64,000 nucleotides of DNA from Takakia lepidozioides (Eukaryota; Plantae; Bryophyta). The position numbers and the translations under genes were made by a program. Where the stretch lies: the NCBI GenBank assembly GCA_030704615.1, contig CM060731.1:64542001-64606000 (forward strand). The letters are read 5' to 3'. The notes under the pieces were generated by a model. That model saw nothing but the letters and a program-made list of their open reading frames with translations, had not been told where the DNA came from and did no database searches. Every line of letters begins with the position of its first letter. The stretch's first letter is position 1. Positions 1-12,157 of this stretch are shown in pieces.

Positions 1-466
1 CCTTGCTAGGGTTGGAGAAAAAGCTAATTAGTAATGTGCTCCACAACCTTCAAAAAAGGATCAACGAACAAAGGTTTCAACTGACAAGGGCTCACATCAT
101 AACCTTTTTGTTCATTGACTGATTATCAACTAGAGAGGAAGAAGGGTTGCAACTTCAGGAGGCCGTCAAAATATGAGGTTTCCTTACCATGATCATATGA
201 GGGTCTAGTCAATGATTATTGCAACATTAAGTTAACACCTGTAGGCCGAACAACCTTCAGACAGCAGCACTCTGCCATACATTTGCATGCATGCCTGAAT
301 CTACAGTACAGGAGAACTGTATCTTTGTAGCTCAGCGGTCTACTGAAAGGACCCCTCTCAGCCCAGGGTCCACTTGAACGAGCTGCTGTGAAGATTGCGG
401 CACGATCTTGCAATTCATGGCCCCAATGCATTGACGGTGAGATCCTGATAAACAACAAAACCAGAA

Positions 467-835
467 TTACCGTACCTCTCCGCTGCGCGAATCCGCCATC
501 GATAGTTGATCAAGGATATGACTCCATGATCCCGGATCAAGGTCTTCGTCGGTCTGGTGTGATTCTTCGGCATCCCCAAAGTAGTCGTCGTATTCAAAGC
601 TCAAGTCCGGGGCGTCCACCAGCTCCTCTGAGCTTTCAAGCACGATGGATTCTTCGCCGAGCCCATCGCGGTCCTCGATATTGTACTCGTCCCCTATCAA
701 GAACATATGCTTGGCGCTTTTTTCTTTAGGAGCTGCTGCTGCTGACATTACAGGGATGCATCCTAACAGTAGAACCAGCAGAGTGAAAAGCATCGCGTTC
801 ACAGGCTGCCAATGTCTTGGGCATATGGTCCGCAT
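467..835 (-). CDS. Putative small secreted acidic protein (signal peptide + D/E-rich domain), function unknown
   Basis: 122-aa ORF. From the second Met (793) it reads MLFTLLVLLLGCIPVMSAAAA (signal-peptide-like), then a very acidic region (EESIVLESSEE...EYDDYFGDAEESHQTDED). There is an upstream (TA)n/TATA-like tract at about 1280-1295. No family recognised. Confidence 0.5.
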   Translation of the reverse strand: MRTICPRHWQPVNAMLFTLLVLLLGCIPVMSAAAAPKEKSAKHMFLIGDEYNIEDRDGLGEESIVLESSEELVDAPDLSFEYDDYFGDAEESHQTDEDLDPGSWSHILDQLSMADSRSGEVR

Positions 836-1559
836 TTCGCCCTCTTCAGAAACCCCTTCACGACTCCGATTGCGAATTCACAAAACACCTAATAACACAT
901 GGAGTGGAATTGAACAGACAGACACCTTCCCAGATCCCACTACTGCTCACAAGCGACCATCCAACCTACCAACAAAGAGTGGGACTGCACAGGTCATAAT
1001 ATATGACACGACTTCCCCACAGACACCAGCCTTCTTGGTACTATGGACTCGCTCGATTCCCAAACCGAAACATAGAAATTATTTGTCGAGCCCACCAGAA
1101 CTCAGACAACTTCCAGTCTGTTAAGCTCAATTTCCCTCCCGTCTTGGCTGGATTGCTCAAGATCTTCGTCAACTCGCTTGGTATGAATCCCTGGCCTCAC
1201 CACCGAATCCAAGGTCAGACCTTTCCCACTTCACTTCACAACAAAGTGTGCGAGAAGAAGGAAGCTATTTTCCTTTTTTCATATATATATATTTTAATGG
1301 GATGAAGCCCCATCATTTTATTTTCATTTTTCATTTAAAAAAAAAAGAGAACAGGGAACAGTGGCCCTGATAAATTTTATTGATAGGGTAAGGAAAAAAT
1401 AACCTTTACAAAGAGCCATGAAGGCAGAGGAATGAGGTACCACTCCGGACAGATTGGGTGAAAATGGACATATTAAATAAGTTTAGGTATTATCATCATA
1501 TATTAATTCCAGTTGGGAAAATTAACAAGGATGGGGAGGATTGTGAAAAGAGTCCGATG

Positions 1560-1590
1560 GGAGAGAGAGAGAGTGTGTGTGTGTGTATAT
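1560..1590. repeat. Compound (GA)n(GT)n microsatellite
   Basis: gagagagagagagtgtgtgtgtgtgtatat read directly. Confidence 0.9.
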
Positions 1591-3460
1591 GATAAGGGAC
1601 GGGAGAATACGTTGGCGAGTCCGCCACACTTCAGTCTCCGAGATTGTGTGATTGCACCAGCAGAAAACCAACAAGTCATATCGCCAATGGAAGCACGTCA
1701 TGAAATGAGCGTGTGATGATGACTTTTATGTAATTTCAAAGAAGATGCGGTCGCTCCTTGGTAGTTCTTTTTATAATTTTTGTTTTTTTAAGAGAAATGG
1801 TGCCGGCTGAACCTTTGCACTAGACATAGGATGGGAGTTGGATGCCCCTGGTCACCCGGTGCGTCCGCGGTCAAATTTTCACCCCTATCTAATCCTCCGC
1901 TTATGGCCTTCCAAGGTCTATGCTCGGATGTTCCTAGTGCCATGCTCCCAGTCCCTGCTCCCTCTACTCTCTACTCCCATGTGTTACATATCCCAAGTTA
2001 CTGCTCCCCCGCTCCTTTGTGTTACTTCTCCAAGTCTTGCTCCATGTTCTTGCTCCCCCTAAAAGGAACACGGACCAGGACCAGAATTTGGGAAATTGGG
2101 ATCCGCCTCAAATTTTCTTGGAGATGCAAAAATGTTATTGTAACTTCTTAAGACTTCTTTTGTAGCTTCACTGATGATCTTGCCTGTGTTTGGAAGGACA
2201 TACTTCCCTCCTGTTGGCAGGGACAACGAGCAAGCCTCTTCGGTCTCCCCAGAATTTGACAAATCTGATATCAATTGGAGGCACATCAGACCTGCATCGG
2301 CAACGAGGCTCCACTTCCATAGATAGATAGTGTCATGTTTAATCCCATCTTCATCTAATGTCCCTCTTCTACGACCTCTTCTCTCCCTCCCTACTTCTCT
2401 ATCGCCATTCCGTCCCAGTTCCACGCTACGCTAGACACCTAGGGTTGCACTTGTCGCACTAAGCCGTTATGGCCGACTCCTTATGGATGGGAGATTAGTT
2501 CCATTAGGATCCCCTCTTTCCATATAAAAAGGGTGATGCCAATGATGCCTATTGATAGATAGGAGGCTCTATCGCTAGCTTATTTTTTCGCTAGGCGAAG
2601 TTTGGTTCTTCGCTACATGAATTGTAGCTTCATCGTTATTACTATTGCGAGAATCCGGCATGGTCTCCATGCGAAAAGCCTTATGGCAGCCTTCGGGCAG
2701 ACAAGGGTTTTAATTTTTTCCCCTTCAATAATCTTCTGAATAAAGTTTTGCCAGGGTCTCTATTAAAATTTTAAAAAAAAACAAAAAAAAACTATTCAAT
2801 AAATACTTGAACCACACACTCCTTGAGGTTTGGTCCTCGTACCTCATAATTATGAATTAATGTTAAACAGATCTTATAAAAAAAATGCTTCAAATAAATT
2901 TTATTAATATTTATCTTAAAAATCAATTAAACTATTATTTTTATTATACAGAGAAAATATTTCGGTTAGAGCTGATGTAGCTAAGAGCCATCTCATTTTG
3001 ATTCACAACTAAATGGACAAGAATGTTTGATCCAGAGCCTATATGCCAATCTATATGCTAACTTATAGGCTTGAGTGTTTGGAGTTGGAGGTGAAATTTT
3101 GAGTGTTAAATTATACTTGGCAACTTCTTCTGCTGATCATACCCAATTAAAGAAGCTAGATGGTCAAAATTATACATGGAATTTTTAGGTGAATTTCATT
3201 CTCCATCTGTGGGAAATAACATCAGGAGAAGTGGTTGCCCGACAGTTGCACCATTCAAGTGCAATCTAAAAATGGAGAGATCATAGCCGCATGGATCACT
3301 AAGAAACAATTTTTTGTGAAGAAAGATATATTATAGGACCTATGTTGTTGAATGTTGTTGAATGTGGTTGATTCCTTTATTCACCGTGTGACACGTGCCA
3401 AAACTGCAAAAAGAAGCATGGACCAATCTATGTGTCAGTTTTGAGAAGAAGCACCAACGA

Positions 3461-3702
3461 TCAGTAGCTCAGTTGCTAAGTGCACTAAGTGCCACCCAGA
3501 TGATTCTGGGATCAAATCCTGCTACTTGACGGGTGTGGTACGCTCTTCTCCCCCCTTCCCTACGCAGGTGTCGCATTGGAAAGCCCTCACGGCGAGGTTA
3601 TTGTGAAAGAGGTTATTTTCTCCTCTCACTATCAAGGGGCCTGATTTGTGAGTTGTCACTCCCAGGTGTTTCCATTTTTATTTTTATTTTAACAAAAAAA
3701 AA
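3461..3702 (+). mobile_element. tRNA-derived SINE (degenerate)
   Basis: The head has an A-box-like TAGCTCAGTTGCTAAG (from ~3465) and a B-box-like GGATCAAATCC (~3508-3519). A ~170-bp non-tRNA body follows, ending in a T-rich stretch and an A-tail (3691-3702). No clear TSD. Confidence 0.6.
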
Positions 3703-4329
3703 CATGTAGTCAATTGGCTCTAGAGTTGTATAATTCAAAAGTAGAGGGAAAAAAATCATGTCAAGAACACATTGATAAACTTGAAACGATTGGTGATCAT
3801 CATTGGTCCTCCAGTTTTACATTTATTAGACTTCTTGAAAATTTGTTACGTTCATATTAGGGCGCTACCACATGACGAGCGGCAGTGTGATGAAACTCGA
3901 TTAGATGATTGGTGGATGCATCACAAACTGACACCCTCACCTACTACACGGAAGGAATGACAATGAATATGACATGGTGCGTATGTGGAGATTCCCCGCA
4001 GAAGTCGGATTTCCAGGGATGGAAATCCGAAATGTTCTGGGGTTTCTTTGTCGTGATCTGCTCATTCCCGCCCCATAGAGCTCATCTGCCCGTTCATCTC
4101 TAGTTCGATCTTTTCCTCGTCACTCCCTGTCTCCCGTACTAGAGTACCATGGAATTGCAAAATAGTGCGTCTAGTGAGAATCCAAATGTGGTTGACCTTG
4201 ACAATATTGCTGCAAGCACTCATAGTGCAAGGACAAATATGCCACCATGGAGTGCTCTCAATTGTGGACGAAGTGCTAGTGGCAGTGGTAGGATGTCTGT
4301 AGCACCATTTCTATTTGTTGTGGTCCTGA

Positions 4330-4812
4330 CATGCACCCAAGATCTTTCATGAGTCAATTTTTTGAGTCGTGCTCCATCACCATCAACTGTCTAAATGACT
4401 CCATTCTGCGGCATCTGTTGCTTGTAAGAAACTTGGTGGTAGGAGAGTTCGAAGATGTGAAGCTCTCTCTAAGAAGGCTCGAGAGAACATTGCCAAAGTT
4501 TCATCCTGTGGCGCAAATTTCCTGAAAAAGGTTGACACCGGTAACGGATTGGGTCGGGTTTACACGATCAGAACTCCGAACTCCTTGAAGCGAATCATGA
4601 CTAATGATATTTGTATTGGGTTGGAGCTATCGTGTACTTGTGAAGCTTTTGATCAGCATACAGAGAAAGCCAAGAATGATACCTTCCCTGCAAGCACATT
4701 TTCTTTTGTCATGCTTGTCATTTTGGGTGGTGAAACCGAGTATAACCCTTTGATGCATTATCCAACACTTAGTAAGGCTGAACTCGCCAGCCTACTTAGT
4801 AAGGAGAGATGA
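4330..4812 (+). pseudogene. SWIM zinc-finger remnant (probably transposon-derived), frameshifted
   Basis: IGLELSCTCEAF...KNDT, then after a local frameshift CCC TGC AAG CAC ATT = PCKHI, then FVMLVILG...NPLMHYPTLSKAELASLL. This is a CxC-x(n)-CxH SWIM signature. Confidence 0.55.
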
Positions 4813-5302
4813 GGACTTCAGGTTCTTTTAGACATACTATTATTTGTTTCATTTCATACGGTTTAGAGGCAAGTACTATTCGATGTGGACCACAAATCTT
4901 CATTTTCAGTTTACCTCCGTCAGTTGAATCCAGACCTATTTTTCATTTCCATTCTCATCCGCTTGCCTATTGTACTGACAATAATATCGTAGAACCATCG
5001 TTAAAGAGAATTCATTTAGAAATCACTTTTGTATCTGCCATAAACATCTAACAACCATCATCGGAAAAAAGTTAGGTCGTTCCAAATAATTTGCGCGATA
5101 AGGTCCTGCTCCCACCGATATTTTCTTCCTCAGCATAGTGATTTACGATTTCGCCATCAAGAAAACATTACTTTCCTAGACCCATGGTTTTCCTCAGTAC
5201 GTATCTGTCGGTCATGGACGACACCTTCGCTTACCATAGGTGCCAACAAAAACTACCATAAATCCCATGACTTTCGTCAGAAATACGTTTGCTCCTCATT
5301 CT

Positions 5303-5520
5303 GTCCTAGACTTGATTTTTAATCCACCTTCGTCAATCAAAGGTGGTCACTCTAAAAAAATGTTGGTTCTTTATTTTATTTTTATTTTTAAATGTTGGGC
5401 CTTTTTCTCACTGACCGAGGTTAACTGATTTCTCATCTTTGGGTTTAGGGTTGAGAACATCTCACTGGCCAAGATTGATTGATTTCTCCTATTTGGGTTT
5501 AGGGTTTAAGCCTTGACAAG
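5303..5520 (+). repeat. Dispersed repeat module: ~50-bp motif plus two telobox-containing units
   Basis: 5303-5350 (tcctagacttgatttttaatccaccttcgtcaatcaaaggtg) recurs at ~10082-10125. The units ctcactg(a/g)cc(g/a)ag...tttgggtttagggtt (5407-5510) recur at ~9035-9160. Confidence 0.75.
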
Positions 5521-8299
5521 CCCTGGTCGCGCGCGGCCAAGGTGCAAGTTGTGGTGTAGGTTGGGCTCAACGAACCGCCTACCCGACTGCGGTAAATGCA
5601 GGGGTCCGTGACAGCTATGGATGGATCTAAACAGTCTAACTTCCTACCAGCAAAGCAAAGCAAAGCTTAACAACTCCACTTCACAGGGCGATTTGCATTT
5701 CCTAGTCTTACGTTTTGTTTATGGGTTTTCTACGTCTTTAATTGTAATTGCCTTCCAAGTCTTTGTTTATTACTAGTTCCTACATGCTTGGACTCCCAAC
5801 ACGCTTATAGCCGGGACGAACCTTCAAATCCCTTCACAAAACGAATCTCGAACCCATGGAGATATGGATCATCTATCTCCCGCCCAATGCCCCCCCCCCA
5901 ATTCCCAAGGTGGATTAGTTTCCTACCTCCTAGGAAGGAACCGGATCCGCTTTCCCAAGTCAGTCTCCCCTGCTTAGTACGATCCAAGTTTCAACCTCAA
6001 AGGTCAGTCCATCGGGTGAATGATAACAATTCAAATCTCTAGATAATTCCCGAGATCGAATAAAACAATGGCCATTCCTTGACCCAAGCCCCCCCAAGCG
6101 GCTGGGTATATGCCTTCAAATATCATCGGCGGAAGGGGGCAATACCTCCATCAAAACTTCTGTTTTTAAATTAAGGGGGTCCGGATAAAATCCATTATTA
6201 AAGATGAATTACCCAGCTGAATAATAAAAAAACAAATAATTAAAACCTTCCTACAAATGCATGAAATTCGTAGAAATAGAGAATCATCGTAGGATTATGG
6301 AGCTAACTAAATTACCCTCAAGGTACCAGGGGAACGCCCTTTGTGTCGGGAGCATTGGGGAACCACTCTCCACTTGGGAGCGCCCCTAAATTCCTATACC
6401 AAACCAATCAATAGCGCATTAGCAACTTAAACAATCACCGAGCCAGGATGAATGAAATCTGTCACCCATCAGTTTCTCATCTGATTGCCGCCCTGGTGTG
6501 TAAACAATGATTAAACATTCAGTGGGTCTGGGGTCCATTCCCTGCGCCTCTTCCACCTACTTCCAATATAATCTGATTAATTTATGCAAGCAACCAGCCT
6601 AGAACGAAGTTGGAATATGTCATCTTCTACCATGTGAAACCCCTAACAAGGATTCTCTCCTCCCTGTCTCTAGGCTCTCTCTATCTGCCTGTGGAATCCA
6701 CCCGTGAGTCGTGCTTTCACAAGCCCCGAGATACATATCAAACTGATGGCCTCAATAGGGCCTATCCAATGGTACCAACCATTTCTTATCTTTTGCTAAA
6801 ACACGCCTTCATTCCCATGCAAGAAGAACACCATGAATATTGCACAGGAAATCAAAGGCATAAGGAGAAAACCCCCCTTAAAATACTCGTACCAGGGACC
6901 AACAGTCCCTGATTGGGTCCGTCGTAATATCCAGCGGTTAAAACCGATACCCCGTAGCCAGCACTAGGTGGCGCTACGTGACTAGTCCGCCGCCGGCGCG
7001 GGTCCAGTGGGTAATAGCAGGCTCCGTCGTCTCTGCCGCTCGTGTCGTATCTGCGTGGGCCCAGCTATGGCGCTTGGTGCTGCTACGCAGTGTACCATCA
7101 ACCCGTACTTTGCTCTAGGGGTCAACTCCCCCACGGGGGAAGACCGCGCCACCCGTGTTAGATGCGCCTTTCCATGGCGATTCTAGGCAACCTCCTTGGT
7201 TGACCTCTAGCCTAGAGGCGCCGGCACTTTAGTGCTGGGCTCTGCCTTTTTTGGCAGTTCTCTACAAAATAGCTTAACTACTTATAAAGCTAGTTAGCAC
7301 TGCCTTCCATGGTCCTCTATGGCCAGGGGGCTTATGAACATAGATATGAACTTAATAATATGGAAATTTTGGCGATAGCTTCGCCGTCTCATGCAATATG
7401 GCCATTGTCACTAAACTAGAAAGGGAAATTTGACAAGAGCTTCGTCACTTCATACAAGCTCGCCCTCTCCTTAAACATAATAATGGACATCTACTCTCAC
7501 TTCCATGACATAATTGGGTTAGATTCCTAAGGCCTTGTCTCTTGGGGCTTCACACCTGTGCTCTTCACACATGCACATAGAGATGCACACACATCCTCTT
7601 TGAAAGATGATTAGTTTTTATGGATTTCTAGCAAGCAATGCTATAAGGTCCCTTCTTGGAACAAGCTTGAACAACAAATGAAACAAATGAATTCAAAGGT
7701 CAAGATAATATGGTAAGTTATCCTCTGAAACAAGTGGTGCTTGGGATGCATTAAATCGCTCGGTAGAATGGTATTCAAATCTGGTCCTCCTCCGACACTC
7801 CTACTCGTCCTCAAGTCTCCACGGAACGCTTCCTCTACTTCTTGCCTCAAATGGCCACAAGGCCTTGAGCTAGGACTATCCTGCTCTCACTATGCTTGCT
7901 TCTACTACTAGAGAGCCACAAGCTCAACCCTCTAGGATCTAGCTCCCTCAAGCTCAAAAGTAACTACACAAGCAAGAGGCCAAAGCAAAGAAATGAGACT
8001 AGATGAAGATCAAGAAGAGTCTGCTCTTCTTTTATTGTGTTTTTGGGGCCTCTCTTAAACTATTATTTCCTACATGAGTCTATAATTTAAAAATGATAGA
8101 ACACCATAAAATAATAACCACGGATGGAAAACCTTGGTGTTAATGATAAATCTGGTTTTTCATCCAGCCAATGGATGACCAGTTGGCGCTAGGTTGTCTT
8201 CTCATCCATCCAGCTTGCAGGTCGAATTTCCAATTTTCATCCATTGGATGAACTAGAATTCCATTTAATCGTCTTTCGCAACTGCCTCCGGCTTGACAA

Positions 8300-8900
8300 T
8301 TTGATGTCATCTTTCATCACCTCCAAAAATCCCCAAACTTGGTGACAAATTATAATTAGATGCCTTGTAGCTGCCTGTAAATTCTGAAGGGAATCGGGGA
8401 AGAAAAGCCACACCTTTGGTTGGTTTCCATGGTTTCGCCATATAGACAGTCTGCCGCTTCCTGATACTGGTGGTGCTCCCAGGGGGTCTTTGGCCCTGCC
8501 ACTGGGTCACAGATCTTCTTGAGTTCCCTTCTACGTACTTTGCATTGCTGAGGAGTTTAAAACTTTGCCGGGAAGCTCCTTCACCCGTTGTTTGCTCCGA
8601 TGCAGCACTTGTTTTGTCGCGATATTTCATCGCTATACAGATTGTTTCCTCCAATTGCCAAGACTCCTCCTTGCGTGCTCCTACTGGACTTGAAAGGCGG
8701 GATAATATAGAGATCGCAATCCGGGACTGGAACAGTCGTCATGTATTGTTTCGAACATGTGCATGTTGTCGTTATTGGTACCGAATTGGCAGCCTAACTC
8801 GCTGTCAATGCAGCTCCCTACGGTCATTTTGACGCCATAGCTTCTCCATGGTCGTCTCAGACATGATCTAAATTCCTACATGCTTTACTAGCAATTCCCA
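8300..8900 (-). mobile_element. Degenerate retrotransposon gag-like remnant (tentative)
   Basis: Broken ORF (LEETICIAMKY...K/R-rich) next to ~2.5 kb of non-coding, LTR-like sequence. No diagnostic motif confirmed. Confidence 0.3.
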
Positions 8901-9424
8901 GATAACTTGCAAACTGCCCTGCTTTGGCAGTATAATGCCTAAACTGCCTGTCTTAAGATAAAAAACGATCTGAAAAGAAATTTGTACCAATATATGCATC
9001 TACAGGCCTCAGGGGAGTACAACGCATGATGAGGTCTCACTGGCCGAGATTGACTATTTTTCCTCTTTGGATTTAGGGTTAGGCCTTGTGGGAGTGGAAC
9101 GCTTGAAGAGGTCTCACTGGTCGAGATTGACAAATTTCTCATCTCCCCGTGTAGGGTTAGGCCTCGGGGGAGTAGAGTGCATGAGGCAGCGCCTGAGGAG
9201 TATTTAAGGACCCCGTTCTTCCTTCTCTCTCATTTTCACCAGCACTCTCTCTCGCTCTTTCTTTCGTTCTCTCTCTTCTCTTCTCTCTCGCATTTTGTCT
9301 CTCGCGCTCTCTTGTTTTCTTCTCTTTCGCTTTCTCTCCTCTTCTCTCTCGCTCTCTGTTGCCGTCTCTCTCTCGTTCTCTTCTCTTTTCTCTCGCGCGG
9401 TTGGTTTTATTTCCCCACGGTACC

Positions 9425-9975
9425 ATGAGCAGATGTGCGGATGGTTCAAAGCCCTCCTCGAAAAGGCGCCGCGTGGGGCCTGTTGGTGGGTTTCCCTTTG
9501 CCGACATCATCCGCGATTTGGAGCGGATCACTTCTCGAGCAAAGCGCCACATTTACTCAAGCGCAGATTCAGGCGGATGCCGTCCTCACTGCTCGTCTGC
9601 AAGAGGAAGACAGTGAGAGGATGGCCAATGAGCTGGATGCCAGTCTACACGACGGGGAGGATATGGACCATTTGGTTGTTGTTGTCCCTGTTGATGGGGG
9701 GGCAGATGGGCTCCTTACGTACGAGCGCTTGAGCGCTCTGGACAATGACGTTCATCGTCGTGGCCTTTCAGAGGAAATCCTCTTGAATTTTCCGGCTGCA
9801 GTCTATCTTGAGGAATCTGATACGGAGGATGTATGCTCAATCTGCCTGGAGGATCTCTCTTCTGGAGACGAAATCCGGATTCTCTCCTTCTCCGGACACT
9901 TTTTCCATATGGCGTGCATCGACAACTGGTTAAAAATGAAAGGCTACATGCCCTTTCTGCAATGATGTAATCTAG
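9425..9975 (+). pseudogene. Intronless RING-H2 E3 ligase pseudogene
   Basis: LTYERLSALD...GLSEE precedes CSICLEDL...GHFFHMACIDNWL. The last Cys pair (KATCPFCNDVI*) is in a shifted frame and the third ligand Cys is replaced by Ser. The N-terminus (MSRCADGSKPSSKRRRV) is in another frame. A CT-rich leader lies at 9225-9395. Confidence 0.8.
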
Positions 9976-10499
9976 GATGAAATCCTTGGAAAATGTAAAA
10001 GTTCTGTTTCTTCAATAAAGACTTTTTTATTTTCATCCAGACCGTTTTAATTATTTAATCTGGATGATCATGGACAACATATCCTGGACTTGATTTGTAA
10101 TCCACCTTCGTCAACCAAAGGTGTTATGTCTAAATAGCGTTAGGCCTCTTCAGTCTATGCTAACCTTTGGCGACTAAAGATGGCGACAACCAAAACGTGT
10201 ATTCAAGATTTTAAGTTTTCAATTCCTCTCTTCAACTTTGAGTAAACACTAGTTCTATTGTAAGTTTACTCAGAGAACCCCTCTCTTCTAACATTGTCTA
10301 TCTCTAAAATGCTTTCACATCTCTATTTTTCCCTCCACCTTCGGCATCCAACTAGCATCCAATGGGCCCATTTCCTTCATTTATATGACATTTTGTATCA
10401 TTCCCTTTCATTAACCCAATCTCAATTTTGCAGGCAGCCCGTGAAAAACATATTTATGGACACGCCGTTTGTAAATAAGACACGTCACTCTGATGACTG

Positions 10500-11700
10500 A
10501 TGACCGATTAGTGGTGGTTGATAGAATAGCAAGGCCCGTTGGACTCCTGCTGAGCTTCGGGACACCGCCAAAATCAAGGACAATTAGGGGCTCAAAGAAC
10601 TAGGAACTCCAGAGATGTCATTGTCTCAGCAATTCAAGAAAACTGGATCTCGACAAATCTTTCAGTATTTCCCATGAACACTTTATATCATAGATGGGCT
10701 CTTTTTTATTCTAACCCAACTGTTTTGTTGGTTCTTGAAGTCTCCCCTAGTACAATGTCTATGGATAATGTATTTGATGTTTTTGAAACCGGCAAATTGA
10801 GTCTCTCTAGTCTCACAAGATCTTTTTTGTGTTTGCAAATGCGGTCTCAAGCAAGGTCGACCCACTGCCTCCACTCATTTGCAGGTGTCATGTATGGGTA
10901 ATATCCACTGAATTATCATGCCATCACAGTTTGCTTCCCTTGCTCGATTTGGAGATGTTGTTCCTTTCTTCAGCTGTTTTTCGAAGCTTGGCTACTTGCT
11001 TTACTGGATAGATCCTTGCAGAATGTTAAACGGTCCAGGGGGGGGCCTTCCGGAATCCATTGGACATTTTCTTTTCAGCTATATTTTTGCAAAGGTAATT
11101 TGGGCCGGAGCAAGGGCCAAGCTTCTATCGCATCTGGTGACCAGTAAATGCTTGATGTGTGGCCACTCATCTCTTCAAGGTAAGAAAAAAATGGGCACGG
11201 CTGCCAGGTCTGGGCCAATCTTTGCTCTTGTACTCTGTGGCACTTATGGAATGTTAGATAGTTCTCGACTATATTCTAACCCTCCCCCCTTTGTGGCAGC
11301 AACTCTTCAACGCATCTATTGTGATCTACTAGAAGACAAGCTTGCTTTTTCAATTTTTGGATGATGGGCCCAATTCTCTGGTCTAATTCGGAGAGGTTCA
11401 CCCCAAAGGGGAACCCAATGAGCTTGGTGCATTCACCGTCTTTGAGCCAGCGGAGGCCTAAGTGTTGTCCCCACGTGGGGTCACCGCCAATGGCAGATGT
11501 CCCAATTGACGTTGAAACTAGACGCCATGCAGAAAATTTGCAGCGGATCTGTGGCCCGAGCCAGGTTGTTTGGGTTGGAGGAATACGGTTCAAACCTGGA
11601 GATCCATGCCGAGCAGAAGGAAGCCAAACTCAAAATCCAAGCAGGGATAAACTGGTCAACAAAGGGAGAAAAGATGTCAGAATATTTTTTTGATAAACTT
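10500..11700 (-). mobile_element. Degenerate L1/Tx1-like LINE ORF2 fragment
   Basis: The minus-strand LGLRWLKDGECTKLIGFPFGVNL...IIQKLKK resembles the YLG end of the RT. The plus-strand KLKIQAGINWSTKGEKMSEYFF (11590-11700) resembles the EN-RT linker motif. Confidence 0.5.
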
Positions 11701-12157
11701 CCATGCTACCGACTCTCATTTTTTTTTCCTTTTTTCTTGCCACTCTCCCCCTTCATTTAAATAACTCGACACAGTCAGTAGGTGCCATTTGGCAGCAAGA
11801 GATTGGATGGATTACGTTAGTCGACGCGTGTCCAAATGCGAGGATGCACAATTCCGTGACAAGTAGTAAAGGTATGTTAGGGCACGTATCACCGCGCGAC
11901 GTATCCCTACGCCCAACTCTACACCGTATAAACACATCATACCATAAGTTTAGTTTGAGCAAAGAGTGAGGACGCTGCTGCATTGCATCTTCATCTTCAT
12001 CTCGCAGCTTGCCTTCACTGTCATTTCCAAGACTTGGGTATTTGTGGGTTTTCTCCAAGCTTTTGTCACAACTACTTGAGAGGGGAAGAAGTGGAAATTT
12101 GAAGGAGATTCTGCGAGATTGGTGCAGAGAAGATTGAGGAGCAGAAGGTGAGGTAGG

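Noticed and set aside
2059-2424. 121-aa minus-strand ORF
   Set aside because: No recognisable motif or supported gene structure.
3461-3530. Possible tRNA gene
   Set aside because: A/B boxes are present, but I cannot build a full cloverleaf with an anticodon arm; it continues into a body and A-tail, so it was called a SINE.
5440-5510. Interstitial telomeric array
   Set aside because: Only one or two TTTAGGG units per site, embedded in a dispersed repeat.
9157-9552. R/E-rich and L/S/F-rich ORFs
   Set aside because: Artefacts of the CT/GA low-complexity tract.
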